Source: Takakia lepidozioides (lineage: Eukaryota; Plantae; Bryophyta). From it: 64,000 nucleotides of DNA. Made by a program: the position numbers and the translations under genes. Where the stretch lies: contig CM060731.1 of NCBI GenBank assembly GCA_030704615.1, forward strand, positions 51,770,001 to 51,834,000, written 5' to 3'. A model generated the notes under the pieces. It had not been told where the DNA came from. It did not search any database and saw nothing but the letters and a program-made list of their open reading frames with translations. Below are positions 27,381 to 38,665 of the stretch, piece after piece. The first letter of the stretch is position 1. Each line of letters begins with the position of its first letter.

Positions 27381-28565
27381 CCTCAAACCTGCAGGTACCA
27401 CTGCCAAGTTTGGGTCAACTCTACCATCGACATTGGGAAGGTGACATGGTGCACAATTACGCACATGGTCTTTCCAAGTCATGCCATCCCGACCCTCCAA
27501 GATTAGGACTCCTAAGGGCAACACCTCTCGAACCCTCAGAATAACACGCCCTGCAGTAACATCCAGGGTCGTATGAGCAGTCTGCTGCAAATAAACATAG
27601 TCACCAGGGCTAAACCTCCGAACCCCAAGACGATATCCTCCACCACGTATAGTGGCATACCTCAACGTATCACGGTGCTCTGTAATGGCAAGGTTCTCAA
27701 AAGCCATGGGCATGACTTTCTTGAACAACTCTGCACGCTGACCACATGCACGTACTCATACGTCCGGATCGTCAAGGTTAAGGACTTGAGCAGTGTCCCT
27801 ACAAATGGCTGCAGGCAAATCCGGCTCTCGGCCAAAGAGAAGGAAATATGGTGAGAAGGAGGCAAATGATGCTTGTTTGCTGAACCTGTAGCCCATGGCT
27901 AACCAAGGCACCTGGAGATCCCAATCTCCTAGGTGTCCTTTCTGCAAACCATACTTGCGCAAACCCCTCTTCACCGTCTGAACAACTCTCTCTGCCAAGC
28001 CATCGGCCTCAGGATGATCCCGAGAAGTGGTGCGGTGGTCTATCAAGGCTTTATCACAAAGCCTGAAACTCCCCCAAGAACTCTCTCCCTTGGTCCGTGA
28101 GTACCTCAGCTGGAGCACCGAATCGGCTAAGCACACGATCCAAGAATGCATACGCAGCCCCCTCACTAGCTTGTCAGCAATGGAACCAACTCAGCACTTG
28201 GAGAAGTGCTCCACCATCGCCAACACATATCTGTGGTGGCGCATAGTCAGTGGCAACGGTCCTGCAAAGTCAAGACTCCACCTGTAGCCCAACCCCATGA
28301 TTGGTAAATGATGCAACTGTGGTGTAGGGGCGTTGAATGAAGCACGCACCCTGTCACACACCATGCACCTAGCCACGAACTGTTGCACCTCTGTATGCAT
28401 TCCACGCCACCAATACTGCCCCTGTAGTAAACTGTGAGTGCGTCGCACTCCAAAATGCCCCAACTCCTCATGGGCATGCCGCCCTAACCGTGCACGCTGT
28501 GTGGGGTGAGGCACAATCCTCACCCGACCATCCTCCCATACTCGGAGCAGGTGTATCCCCCCCAC
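27381..28565 (-). pseudogene. DDE integrase (frameshifted)
   Basis: HHCC (HEELGHFG...CMVC), D in SLDFAGP, D in VLTDQGREF (alternate frame ~28090-28105), E in GLAERVVQ, SPYFLLFGREP. Confidence 0.92.
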
Positions 28566-28853
28566 TTGAACCTCTTGGCTCGTTGCAGGATCCGATCCCT
28601 CTCCTTGGCAGTCATAGTGGCTACTGTGTCTCCAATGCGGAGGTAGTCCAACACAGCCGAATCCTCATGTATATCTCTGGTACCACCTGGCTCATCACTA
28701 GCCTCAGGGTCCTCTCAACACTCCGTCTACAGTCATCCCTGTTGTAGGTCCAATCTGACCTCCCGATGCCAAGATACATAAAAAGGCAGATGCATGCCAT
28801 CCCGACACCATCTCCTTGTCCGTCTCACCATGCCACCGAGCTCCAGTGTCATC

Positions 28854-30323
28854 CTATTGGCTCGTGCATGGATTGCGACTCAATCCATCCGCATCCCGAT
28901 TGACCCAACCCGGTCGATGCACAACCTGAAAGTCATACTCCTGGATTATGAGTGCCCACCGTGCAAGCTTCCCCGTAAGCTTGTTTGACTCCATCAACCA
29001 CTTGAGTGGCTGGTGATCCATGACAAGGGTGAAGAGATTGCCGTATAGATAGCACCTGAAATGTGTCACGGCCCACACCACAGCTAAGCACTCTCCCTCA
29101 TATGAGCTGTACTTAGCCTCTGCAGCGTTATTCGAGCGGCTAACATAAGCCACTACGAACTCTCTTCCCTCATCATCCACCTGAGTGAGCACCGCTCCAA
29201 GCCCCAGCATGCTCAAATCCGTATGCAGCTGAAAGGGACGCCCCCTGATAGGTCGTCTCAGGATAGGCGCCGAGGTCAACTTTGCCTTGAGCTCTTGAAA
29301 AGCTCGTTCCTGCTCATCTTCCCACTGCCACTCCAAGTCCACCTTGAGCCTTTGCAATGGCACTAAATCCCTTGACAAACCGTCTATAATAGTTTGTCAA
29401 TCCCATGAAAGCTCGAACTCGGCTCACATCTGTGGGGCATGGAATTTGTGCAATGGCCTCTACCTTAGTTTGCTGTACCCCCAATCCTCCAGGATATATC
29501 ATGTGACCCAGATACTCAATCTGGTTGTGGAAAAACTTACACTTCCCCGGATGCAACTTCAATCCGTGCGCTCAATACCACCTGAAGGTGTCTCTCATGC
29601 TCCTATCGTAGCACAAAGATGATGATGTCATCTATGTAGCACCGAGCAAAGTCCACCCCTGCTAGAATCCTATCCATGACTCTCTGAAACTCTGCAGGAG
29701 CGTTCTTAAGCCCAAATGGTAAGAACCGCCACTGATATAGGCAATCCTTGCCGTGCTCATTGATCCCCCAGAATGTCGTCTTCTGCTTGTCCGCCTCCTT
29801 GATGGCAACTGGTGATATCCAGATCGTAAATCCAAAGTGCTAAAGACCTTAGCATGCCCGATGGCATCAAAGATCTCCTCTGGTGTTGGCATGGCATACT
29901 TATCGGACTTGGTCTGACGATTTACAGGCCGTAATCACCGCACATACGTCTCTCCGTCCAATTGCCATAGACATCCTTCTTGGCTGGCATCACTGTGGCT
30001 GAAGCATACTCTCCACCAGAGAGCTCCACCAAACCTGCCTCCCAGAGATCTTGAGTCCTCATCTGAATCAAAGACCTCTCCATGTCATTGTATCTATAGG
30101 GTCTCCGAAAGATTGGCGTGTCAGTGGCCAACTCAATACGAATCTCTTGACCCTTCAGTGCTCCCAAGTCCTTCAAACTGAAGGCAAAACAATTCTTGTA
30201 AGCCCTCAGGAACCGCCGTATACATCGTCTTTCTCCTCCGGTGACAATGGGTCCAATGTCAGGCTCCCAATTGTCCTCCGTAACTGCAACCTTAAGTTCA
30301 GTGGGCTTAGAGGTAGAGGACAC
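28854..30323 (-). pseudogene. Reverse transcriptase and RNase H (frameshifted)
   Basis: RMCGDY, FSTLDLRSGYHQ, FARCYIDDIIIF (~29620-29650), KCKF...YLGH, then RNase H motifs LHTD, YSSYEGECLAVVWA, DHQPL, DADGLSR. Confidence 0.95.
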
Positions 30324-30629
30324 GTCCAGTGGTTGCTATGTTGCAACCTCTTGAGCAGTACTCCTGCCTGCTCAGTCAATGACAAGGCCTCATCTGCCCC
30401 ATCATCTCATCCTGAGGACTTCCTCAACCCGAGAAGAAAAATCCCCAACCTCATCCATCACAGCCGCCTTTCTGCCAACTCCCTCTGAACCTCGAGCTTC
30501 CTCGTGTGCCATGGATGCACCCCGTGGTCCTCTCATGCTCGCCCCCACTCACTGCTTGTACCGTCTCGGTAGGCAAAGAGACCATTGAGGGAAGTGTATT
30601 CCGCACTCTGCGTTGCTCAGCCATAGCCA

Positions 30630-31570
30630 AGCTGATAATCCAGGTCAAGCAATTGAGATCCATTGCTTGCCCCAACACTTGACGACGTGATGCCTCAGAA
30701 AGAGACGCACGCCGTGGTACCAGTGGTAAAACCATTGCCCGCTCACGCTCGTCAGCATTAGGCTCCACTAACTGTTGCAACTGAGCATCCCACAGGAGGC
30801 CAGGTCCACTATCCCGGAAAGCATGCGATCCTGGGAAGCTGAGCAGTGTAGGTAATGCTGCTCGTGGTTGACCACCTTGTTGACCACTGCCAAAGGCGAA
30901 CGGTCATTGTGTCTCACACGCTGAGACTGCCTCCCTGTGTCCAAAATGCTATCCAGGTGTGCTGGCCGCTGCACCCCATCAAATGCACGCTTGAGCAGTG
31001 CGGGTGGCATCAAGTTAGTCCACCATAGCCGTGGACGATGAGCCCGTGACCCCACTGTAGCTGCATCTAGCAACACTGCTGACCCAAGCCACGACCGGAC
31101 TTGATGCACACTGGCCATCACCCTGGCCCGAGAATCGCCCATCAGTGGCACATTCTCCAAGATGTATGCTGGAGATACAGCTTGATGAAGCTGCAAGTGG
31201 CGCAAAACCCGCACCATCTCCCAAAACAGACCGACCTTGAGTCTCGCAATCCATTGCCATGCCCGGCTGATGAATGCCCTTGGCAGGGCCAACCTGCCAC
31301 TACCAAATCAATGGAGCCAACCCGCTCCAAATCCTGCGCCCCAAACGAAATGTCTGCTGGCAAGGCCTGCTGATATCCACGAATTGCAGACATCGGCAAC
31401 AACTCAGGGTACTGCTGCACCAACTGAGCAACATGGCGAAGTGAAATGCGTCGTGCAGTCTCATCCCTCTCCACATACAAGTAACGCCGAACTCGTAAAC
31501 CTGCCTGTAACACAACAGCCAATCCGGTGCTGATCCCGCCAAACAAGTCCAGAAGACAAATGCCTTCATC
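30630..31570 (-). pseudogene. C5-cytosine DNA methyltransferase catalytic domain (DNMT3-like motif layout) inside pol
   Basis: Motif I LLDLFGG (~31535-31555), motif II YVERD, motif IV DLVVAGWPCQG (~31278-31310), LFWEMVRVL, motif VI ILENV (~31150), motif VIII AHRPRLWWTN (~31013-31042), motif IX ERERAM, motif X RRQVLGQAMD (~30660). Spread over three frames. Confidence 0.9.
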
Positions 31571-31959
31571 CGATACTGCCACACAATAGGTGTGGTGTCC
31601 AATGGAGACAACTGAGGTGGTCCTGGTGCAATCCCCACACTCTCCTCCTCTCCTGACGGTACAAAAGCCTCCACCCAGGCTTGTTGCACGTCGATCAGCA
31701 ACCCGCTGCAAATCCTTGCTCGTGCCCCACAATGGAGTCTGAGCAACCATGGCAGGCAACTCCGCCATACCATACATGTCATCCTGCTCTCCCGGAGGTG
31801 GCATCCTCTGAATGAGCATTGCCCTCAAGCAACTCTCTAGGCCAACTCACTGCCGCTGTGAATGCTGCTAGTGTCGGCATCTTGCCTCGCTGGGCAACCG
31901 CAACTCCTCCTATGAACGTCACAGGAGCTGCACACGCCCTCCCCTGACTGCCATGCAGG

Positions 31960-32290
31960 CCTATAGGAAGCTGAATCCTCCCAAAAATCCAGGGTGAAGC
32001 CCATGGGGTACAACACTGCCCCAACCAGGACATCGTATGAGACCGCGTCTGTCACAATGGCCTTGGCTCGCATCACTGAGCCATCTGTAGGGTGATCCGG
32101 CCGTAGTCTGATAGCCAACTCACGCCCGTGTCATGCCCCGAGCCTGCTCCGATCCTCCCAGAGACGTCTGTATCTAAAAAGGACAAGGCTCCATATCCGC
32201 CTCCGTGAGGCCCAAGCCTGCAATAGCAGCTCTGCCCAGCATCAATGGTTGAGCTCCGAGTCCAACAAGACCGCAGTGGCCGTACCTCTT
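31960..32290 (-). pseudogene. Retroviral-type aspartic protease (frameshifted)
   Basis: AVLLDS(G)AQPLMLG can be restored with a 1-nt insertion at ~32256; YDVLVG closes the domain at ~32030. Confidence 0.7.
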
Positions 32291-32899
32291 GCCTGCGGTC
32301 CACTCAAACAGAAAATGTCATCCTGGTTGTCTAACATGACAACTCCAGGTGTCACCATGGCGCGCTCAATGGCTGGCCTAGCTGGCAGCTCCATCAACCT
32401 GGCAGCTGCAGCTTGCCATGGCGCCGCCGTGGCAGTCTTGACCCTCAAATCCGAGGATCCCTCCGGCACTACACCTCCCACTATCTCCGCAGAAGATGAA
32501 GTAACCTCCCCTCTCACAGAGTGTAGCTGCCAGCCTGAACACCTCAGCTGGTCTTACCCCCGGCGTCGCAATCATGGTAGCCGAGAACAATGGAGCCTGC
32601 ACACAGATGTGGCCGCTCCCAGCAGCACACTAGCTGCCGTAGCCTTGGCAACACTAGGTAGTGGTGCTACCCGTGTAGCTCTCCCCAATGCATAGTAACC
32701 TCCGCCTCGGTAACAGTCGGGCGAGAGAACTAGGTGCCATGGATGGCGTCGACACTGTCTCCGCCAATGTGAATGACTGAGGAAGCCTAGCCTGACGGCT
32801 TGCCTCCCACGCGTGAATCCAACTCCACCTGCACCTCGTGGCTCAGGAACTCGTGTTGCTCCTCGAGTCACGGCTGCAGCAGACTCCACCTGCACTAGT

Positions 32900-34453
32900 G
32901 GTAGTGCTGCTCCCACACATGAATCCCATGCCTCCCATATCTCCTCCCTCAGGAGCAGGAGGTGGACCATCCGGCCTTAGAGCCGGTACCACCTGAGCTG
33001 TAGCCATGGCAGCGAGCCTCTGCTCTAGATGCTGAAGCCGGTTGGCCATGCCTTGGTCAACACCCTGACCTCCGCGTCCTTGGCCATGTTGAGCTTGCCC
33101 TTGGCCTACACCCCGTGCCTGGCCACCTCGTCCTCTTTGGGCTGCTCCCCTCGCCCCCGGCCACCATTGTTCCCTTGGAACTGGCCTGGGCGCAACTCGG
33201 GATGCAAACCATAACACTGGGCCTCTCCATGACCGTGCTTGCCACAATGCCCACACTGCAACTGTGCAGGCTGTGCATGTGCCGGCCCTTTGCCTCCCTC
33301 TGGACAATCCTTCTTGACGTGGGGTCCTCCACATGTCCAACACACCACATCCGCCCGTTGTTGGCCTGCAAATGAAGGGAGAGACCCCTGCATCTGAGGT
33401 CCTCTCTGCCCTTCCCTGAGCTTCACCTGAGCCCCCTTGTTGCCTTGAGCACGTTGAGGTAGTGGTTGGCTAGGAGCACCACTACCCCGTGGTGTCTCCT
33501 TAGCGAATCCCACCATGACCACTCGTTCCTCCACCATGTTGAGCTCTATCCGCTCTGCCAGCAAAAACACATTTGCTAAGGTAGGTTGGGCCGCTTGTAG
33601 GAGAGTTACATCCCGCACCCTTCTCCTCAGCTCCTTGTCCAATATCCCATACCAGAATTGGACTGCCTGAGCTTCCGTACCCCCTTGGGTTACATTTATC
33701 AAGCGCCTCATACGAGTGAAAGCCTCCCTCAAGCTCTCAGTCGGCTTCCGTTGGAACTCTTGCAAGCTCTGCAACTTCTCTGTCCTCACCCCTTGATAGT
33801 TCCCTCTTAACTCTTCAAAGAACTCCACAACAGGGTTGAAGGCAGGCACCGCCGCTGGTGCTGGTGCAGCAGTAGCTTGGGTGGACGTTGTAGCTACGGT
33901 ATCACCAGTCCCACTAGTCCCACTGCTGCTTGCTGAAGCTGCCGGTGCAGCGGCAGGTGTAGCCACTGCCCTCGTGGCTCTAGTGCCCTAGTGATGGAGA
34001 CATAGTCGGGTGACCAGTACATCCTCCACTCCTCGATCTCAACCTCATGCCCCCGCCTGAACTCATGGTAATCATCCATAGGCAACCCCTCAAGGTGCTG
34101 AAACAGCCCCTTCCATGCCATGAAAGGCGTAAATAGTTGTGGATTGCGCATTTGCTACAAACACACCAACTATCAAACTCTTGGATAAAATCATCCAACT
34201 CGATGGTGCCCACTTCCCCAGAGTACCTTTGTGGCCCCTTGGTAGCTCCATAGATCTCCTCCATTGTGTCCCACAACAATGGCAAAGAAACAACTTGCAC
34301 CGCCGGTGTGAGTCCTCCTGATTCACAATCCGAATCAGAACCTTCCGTAGAAGACACAAGAGGTGAAGGTGGCCTAAACCGCACACCTCGTCTCGTGTAC
34401 CCACTAGTACTGCTAGTGCTCGAACCGGCACTGTCCCCAGCAACTAGTGGCAC
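32900..34453 (-). pseudogene. Gag with two zinc-knuckle-like motifs (frameshifted)
   Basis: YSGEVGTIELDDFIQEFDSW, FQRKPTESLREAFTRM, CWTCGGPHVKKDC and CGHCGKHGHGEAQC. Confidence 0.85.
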
Positions 34454-35204
34454 CTCCGTGTTGACAAACTGTCACTCAATCGGTCATGAACATGTCCCTA
34501 ACCCCCTCTCCACAAGGTAACTGGGTAGAGAACCTGTTGCGGCTTATGGTTTGGAATATTAGGTTCCTAACACAGCCTACACCTGCACCTGCATCCACCG
34601 CAAACACTCCTATGGTTCGCTGGTCATCACCTCCAACCTCACCATAGGAGAAACAATGATGGTCTGACTGGTCATCACCCCAGCCTCACCATCGACAGCA
34701 TGCTCTAGGACTGGCCGGTGATCAAATCCAGACCAATCACCTATAAAAACAAGCGTCCACACAAAACTAATATGGCGCACAGTCAAGCATGCAGGTATGG
34801 AGGGGATCCAAATACAAGAAATCAGAACGACAACTCCCCCATACCAAAACAACTCCACGGTGTTGTTCCTGCAAGGATACCCCAGCCCAAACCTGGACTG
34901 ATTCTTGCCTCCACCTACGGAAAGGTCTTGGCCTAATAATAGGGTGGAAAACTACGAGGAAGATAAGCTAAAGCAATGCCTAACCCCAACATGCCCTCAT
35001 CCCAACACTCTTTTTCTCCTCTCTTTCCTCACTTGCATGACCATGGAAATATCATGAAGATACTCCTCAAACCGCCCTCCACGAGCTTCAAAATTTGGCC
35101 TTCAAGACATGCTAGTCCTTAGGCAGTCCACCAGTGCCTCCACGAGTCAGCACAGGCCGTCCACAGATCAACACGGGCCACCACAGACCAGCACAAGCCC
35201 ACAC

Positions 35205-35470
35205 ACATCACTGGTCACAGCCGTCACAGCCCGTCACAGCCCCAAAAGCCACAGGTCACAGCTTGTCACAACCCCTCACAGCCCTACACAGGTCACAGGG
35301 GTCACAACCCCAAAGGCCACAACCTATCACAGCCCGTCACAGCCCTACACAGGTCAGAGGGGTCACAGTTCCACAGGCCATAGGGCACAGCCTGTCACAG
35401 CCCCTCACAGCCCCTCACAGCCCCACAGGCTATAGGGCACAACCTGTCACAGCCCCTCACAGCCCCATCC
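35205..35470 (+). repeat. TCACAGCC-type minisatellite in the retroelement 5' leader
   Basis: Many GTCACAGCC/CCTCACAGCC units read directly. Confidence 0.85.
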
Positions 35471-36895
35471 GTGGCCACTCATGGCAGTTTAGCCATTTCT
35501 CCAAGGGGTTTAGCCACGCCAAGCTAGGGTTTGTGTCTCTTGGACTCTAGGCTTCTTTGCACCAAGCTATGGCGGCTGTGAGAATCAGCAAGGTATTCTT
35601 GCTCTTTCGGCTCCCACACACCACCAATAGTAGCCCTAAGCCATGAGGAAGATGGTTGCCACAAACCAAGCCTTCTTTCTCACTTAGACTCCCCAAACAC
35701 GCCACTAAACTCAATGGCAAACAACCAAGCCTTGCTGGTTTCCAGCCCTTGTGAGCACTCATTCAAGTGTTTTCCTTGGCCATAACATCTGTTTTAGAGC
35801 CTATTCCAGCCCCTACATCTGCCACTTCAAGAGCCATGCTCTATCTAGGCTTGAGGTTGAAACCCCAACTAAGAACACGCTCTACAAGTGTCGGACTGTC
35901 ACATAAGAGCAGATCAGCCCCTTACCTTCTCTTCTAGTTCTCTAAAGCTTGAAAACAAAAGCCCAATGGACTGAAGGCATGCTCCACATATGCCCCACTC
36001 TCACCACAAGAGAATCAGCCCCTTTGCTTCTTTTCTTGCACCCACCAACCTGAAAATACAAGCCTTCAACAGGCTGAAAACATGCTCCACCCATGCATTG
36101 CCCTCACATAAGGGAAGTCAGCCCTTCCTTCTTCCTTGCTTGCCCTCCAAGCTTGAAGATGGAAGCTTCAATGAGCTGAATACATGCTCCACACATGCAA
36201 CCTCTTCACACAAGAGGTATCAGCCCTATCTTGGCTCCTTGGCTCATTGATGCTCTCTAAGACAAGACTAAGCACTCCACAACCTTTGCCAAGCTCCTGA
36301 AAACCTAAGGCTTACATTTCCAGCCACAAGGCACTCCTCTTGTGGTGCAAGTGCTCTTCTTCCAAGCTCTGAAACCCTAGGTGCACATTCCATTGTTTTG
36401 CCGCACCTCTTAGCTCCTTTTCCAGCCCTGCTCTTGCTATGACAAGAGCCCTCTCAATGCTGAAGCTCGAGATTGAAACCCAAACTCAACATACTCCACA
36501 AAGTGCACTGATTTGCCCCAAGCCAAATCAGCCCTTTCGTTTGGTCTTGCAATCCTTCACACAATGAAAGCTCGCATTCCCAAGGCTAGTTCTCAGATTT
36601 GCCACCAAAGCCACTATAACGTGCTCTTGACTGGTCCTCTTCCCAATCGTGCTTGCTCATGCATGCACACAATCTGAAACCATCAAGGTGCTCTGGAATT
36701 ACCTGCAGCATGGTGCTTTCATCTCTGAAGCTGAAGATCGAATGCCAAGGTCTACCACCTCGTAACCCACATCGCCTCCGCTTCTAACAACCAAGAGCTC
36801 CATGGTGCTCCTTGCATAACAACCTAGTTTCTCTTATTCTCAAGCAAAAACCACAAGTGCTACAACTAACTCGTATCTGGCACTCACAGATACGA

Positions 36896-36911
36896 GCTCA
36901 TCTTTCTCGAG
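36896..36911 (-). other. Primer-binding-site position occupied by a 16-nt complement of the terminal repeat (putative self-priming site)
   Basis: 36896-36911 GCTCATCTTTCTCGAG is the exact reverse complement of 37077-37092 CTCGAGAAAGATGAGC. No TGG tRNA-type PBS. Confidence 0.75.
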
Positions 36912-37237
36912 TGATAAAGATGAAGAATACAAGCACAATCTCATGCGAGCTCACAAAGCTGAAGCATAAACTCATGCATATATAACCTCATCACTCAAAT
37001 ACAAGTCAAGCCAAGTGCACCCCACGCCATGGGCAATCCACACTACGGCGCCATAGCTAGGTGCGGTGAGGCTCAACTCGAGAAAGATGAGCCTCTTGCG
37101 CTTGCCGTGAAGATAACCACTCCAGGGCCTAAATCTGCCTTGACCCCTGGATTGACACTTGGGCCAATCCCAATGTCAATATATAAAAGCTAGCTATTTC
37201 CTAGTTAGTTTCACACTAGTGGTAAAATAACTTGACA
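36912..37237 (-). repeat. Terminal repeat block X, 5' copy (326 bp)
   Basis: Direct repeat of 26472-26798, flanked outside by the GTGG duplication and not by block Y. Confidence 0.93.
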
Positions 37238-38179
37238 GTGGAAACAAAAGTCAATTCCATAACGGACATAGAATTTGACAAGGTATTCAGATTTCCTGAC
37301 CCCTTGAATACATCAAAGATTGGCTTGTTGTCATGCCCGTGCTTGAGTGAATCCAAGTGCAAGATGAATCTTGTCTCCGTAGGTTGAATGATTGCCAAGC
37401 TCCAATGGAAGTTGCCACGAATGGGACAAAAATGTATTGTTTTGAAAATATATCAATGTTTTTCGTCCACTTCCTCAACTTTCCAAAGTTTGACTCATCC
37501 AGCTTGTTTGCTCTTTCATAAAAGAAGTTATTAAAAAAGAGAAATCTTTGTTCACCTTCCACTGTCCCGCTCTAGATGTGCCTGCATGTGCATACCAAAA
37601 GTTTAAAAGAAAAATTCAAAGCTTGATGCAAATGACATGAATAAAAGAAGTTGAATGTCCATACTTGGATGTAGAATTCTATGATGATGTTGTTCAAGAA
37701 AGTGGCAGGATTCAACGTCTGTATGTCAAATATCGTGATCTCCAATGCTTCATCTCACTTAACCAGCCCACCATGTGAGCAACTCTTTGCTTTTGTTGGT
37801 GACCTTGTTATTGTTGAATCTTCATGTGGTCTTCTTATTGTTGAGTCTTGACCTGTCACACAGTGGCCTATAGGTCATCAGTAAGGACCAAAATATTGCA
37901 CGTACATGCTTGGACAACTTCCATCTTGAAGCACATTATAGGAAATAGCTCATGTAGTTTTTTATCAAGCATCACTATTTAGGCTCGTTCAACAACATCC
38001 AAACTATGTAAAGCCAATATGGGGTCTTACCATTTTTCATTTCTGACTCCATTGATGTTCCTTCATTTTTCAACTCCACTGCGGTCTCATGATATAGACC
38101 TTGTTCCAGATTTGTACCACCTTTGTCATCCAAGTTGACAAACACGGTACTGGGGCCAATTTCTTGGTCCATGGCGCAA

Positions 38180-38665
38180 ATATCCAGTGGGTAAATACCA
38201 GTCCATCAGAAGCCAGCTTGAATATTATCCACGGAAAGGGCTTTATCAAGAGCTTTGCTAGCTAACTCTGCAAGATAAGCTTTGTTGAAACTACCATTGG
38301 CCCATGCGGGGTTGCTTTCAATGAATCCTTCTTTCAGCAAAGTAGAGAAGTTGCTCTTGAATGATTTAAAAACAGATACATCCAGAGGCTGTAGTTTGTG
38401 GGAAGTATGCGGTGGAAGTAGCGCGATGGTGATACCATAATCTGCTGCCAGTGTGCAAACATCCAGACTAATATGGTTGTTATGTCCATCAACAATGAGG
38501 AGGTGCTTATTACTTGGTGAAACTCCACCCAAGACAATTTTTTTGAAATGATCCAACCATCTTCAAAATATCTCCTCTGTGATCCAACCATTGGTCTGCA
38601 TGGCCATGATGGCACCCTGTTCACATTTCACAACGTAGTTCTCCCACATCCTAGCCCCTGAGAAT
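38180..38665 (-). mobile_element. pogo/Fot1-type (DDE_1) transposase remnant, catalytic half
   Basis: MQTNGWITEEIF, HLLIVDGHNNH, LLPPHTSHKLQPLDVSVFKSFK, NIQAGF. Confidence 0.88.

Larger units (their letters stand above)
26283..37237 (-). mobile_element. Ty3/Gypsy-type retrotransposon with split terminal repeats, encoding Gag-PR-DNMT-RT-RNaseH-IN-PHD; decayed copy
   Basis: RT-RH-IN order is Gypsy-type. Ends TGTC...GACA. GTGG duplicated at 26279-26282 and 37238-37241. The two flanks are halves of one Ulp1 gene. Many frameshifts. Confidence 0.93.
25790..37750 (-). pseudogene. Ulp1/C48 SUMO-protease gene, degenerate and split by the retroelement at 26283-37237
   Basis: 5' half 37750-37290: FLNNIIIEFYI, FFNNFFYE, LRKWTKNIDIFSKQYIFVP, HWSL (frameshifted), HLDSL. 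3' half ~26155-25790: PQQENGFDCG (catalytic Cys motif) and WFAPEVASGLRGTIRELI. Confidence 0.8.

Noticed and set aside
30630-31570. Bacterial restriction-modification methylase or contamination
   Set aside because: Embedded co-directionally in a Gypsy pol between PR and RT, inside TSD-bounded termini, and decayed like the neighbouring domains; no restriction gene nearby.
35109-35550. Ser/Thr/Pro/His-rich ORFs
   Set aside because: Translation of the TCACAGCC minisatellite, antisense to the element.
26472-37237. Ordinary LTR element with block X alone as the LTR
   Set aside because: No TSD around X...X, the PPT abuts Y rather than X, and the GTGG duplication and Ulp1 continuity appear only when the outer Y is included.
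26283-37237. DIRS/Ngaro tyrosine-recombinase element
   Set aside because: No YR motifs seen; a full HHCC-DDE integrase and a TSD are present; the methylase is C5-type (PCQ, ENV), not the adenine MTase of DIRS elements.
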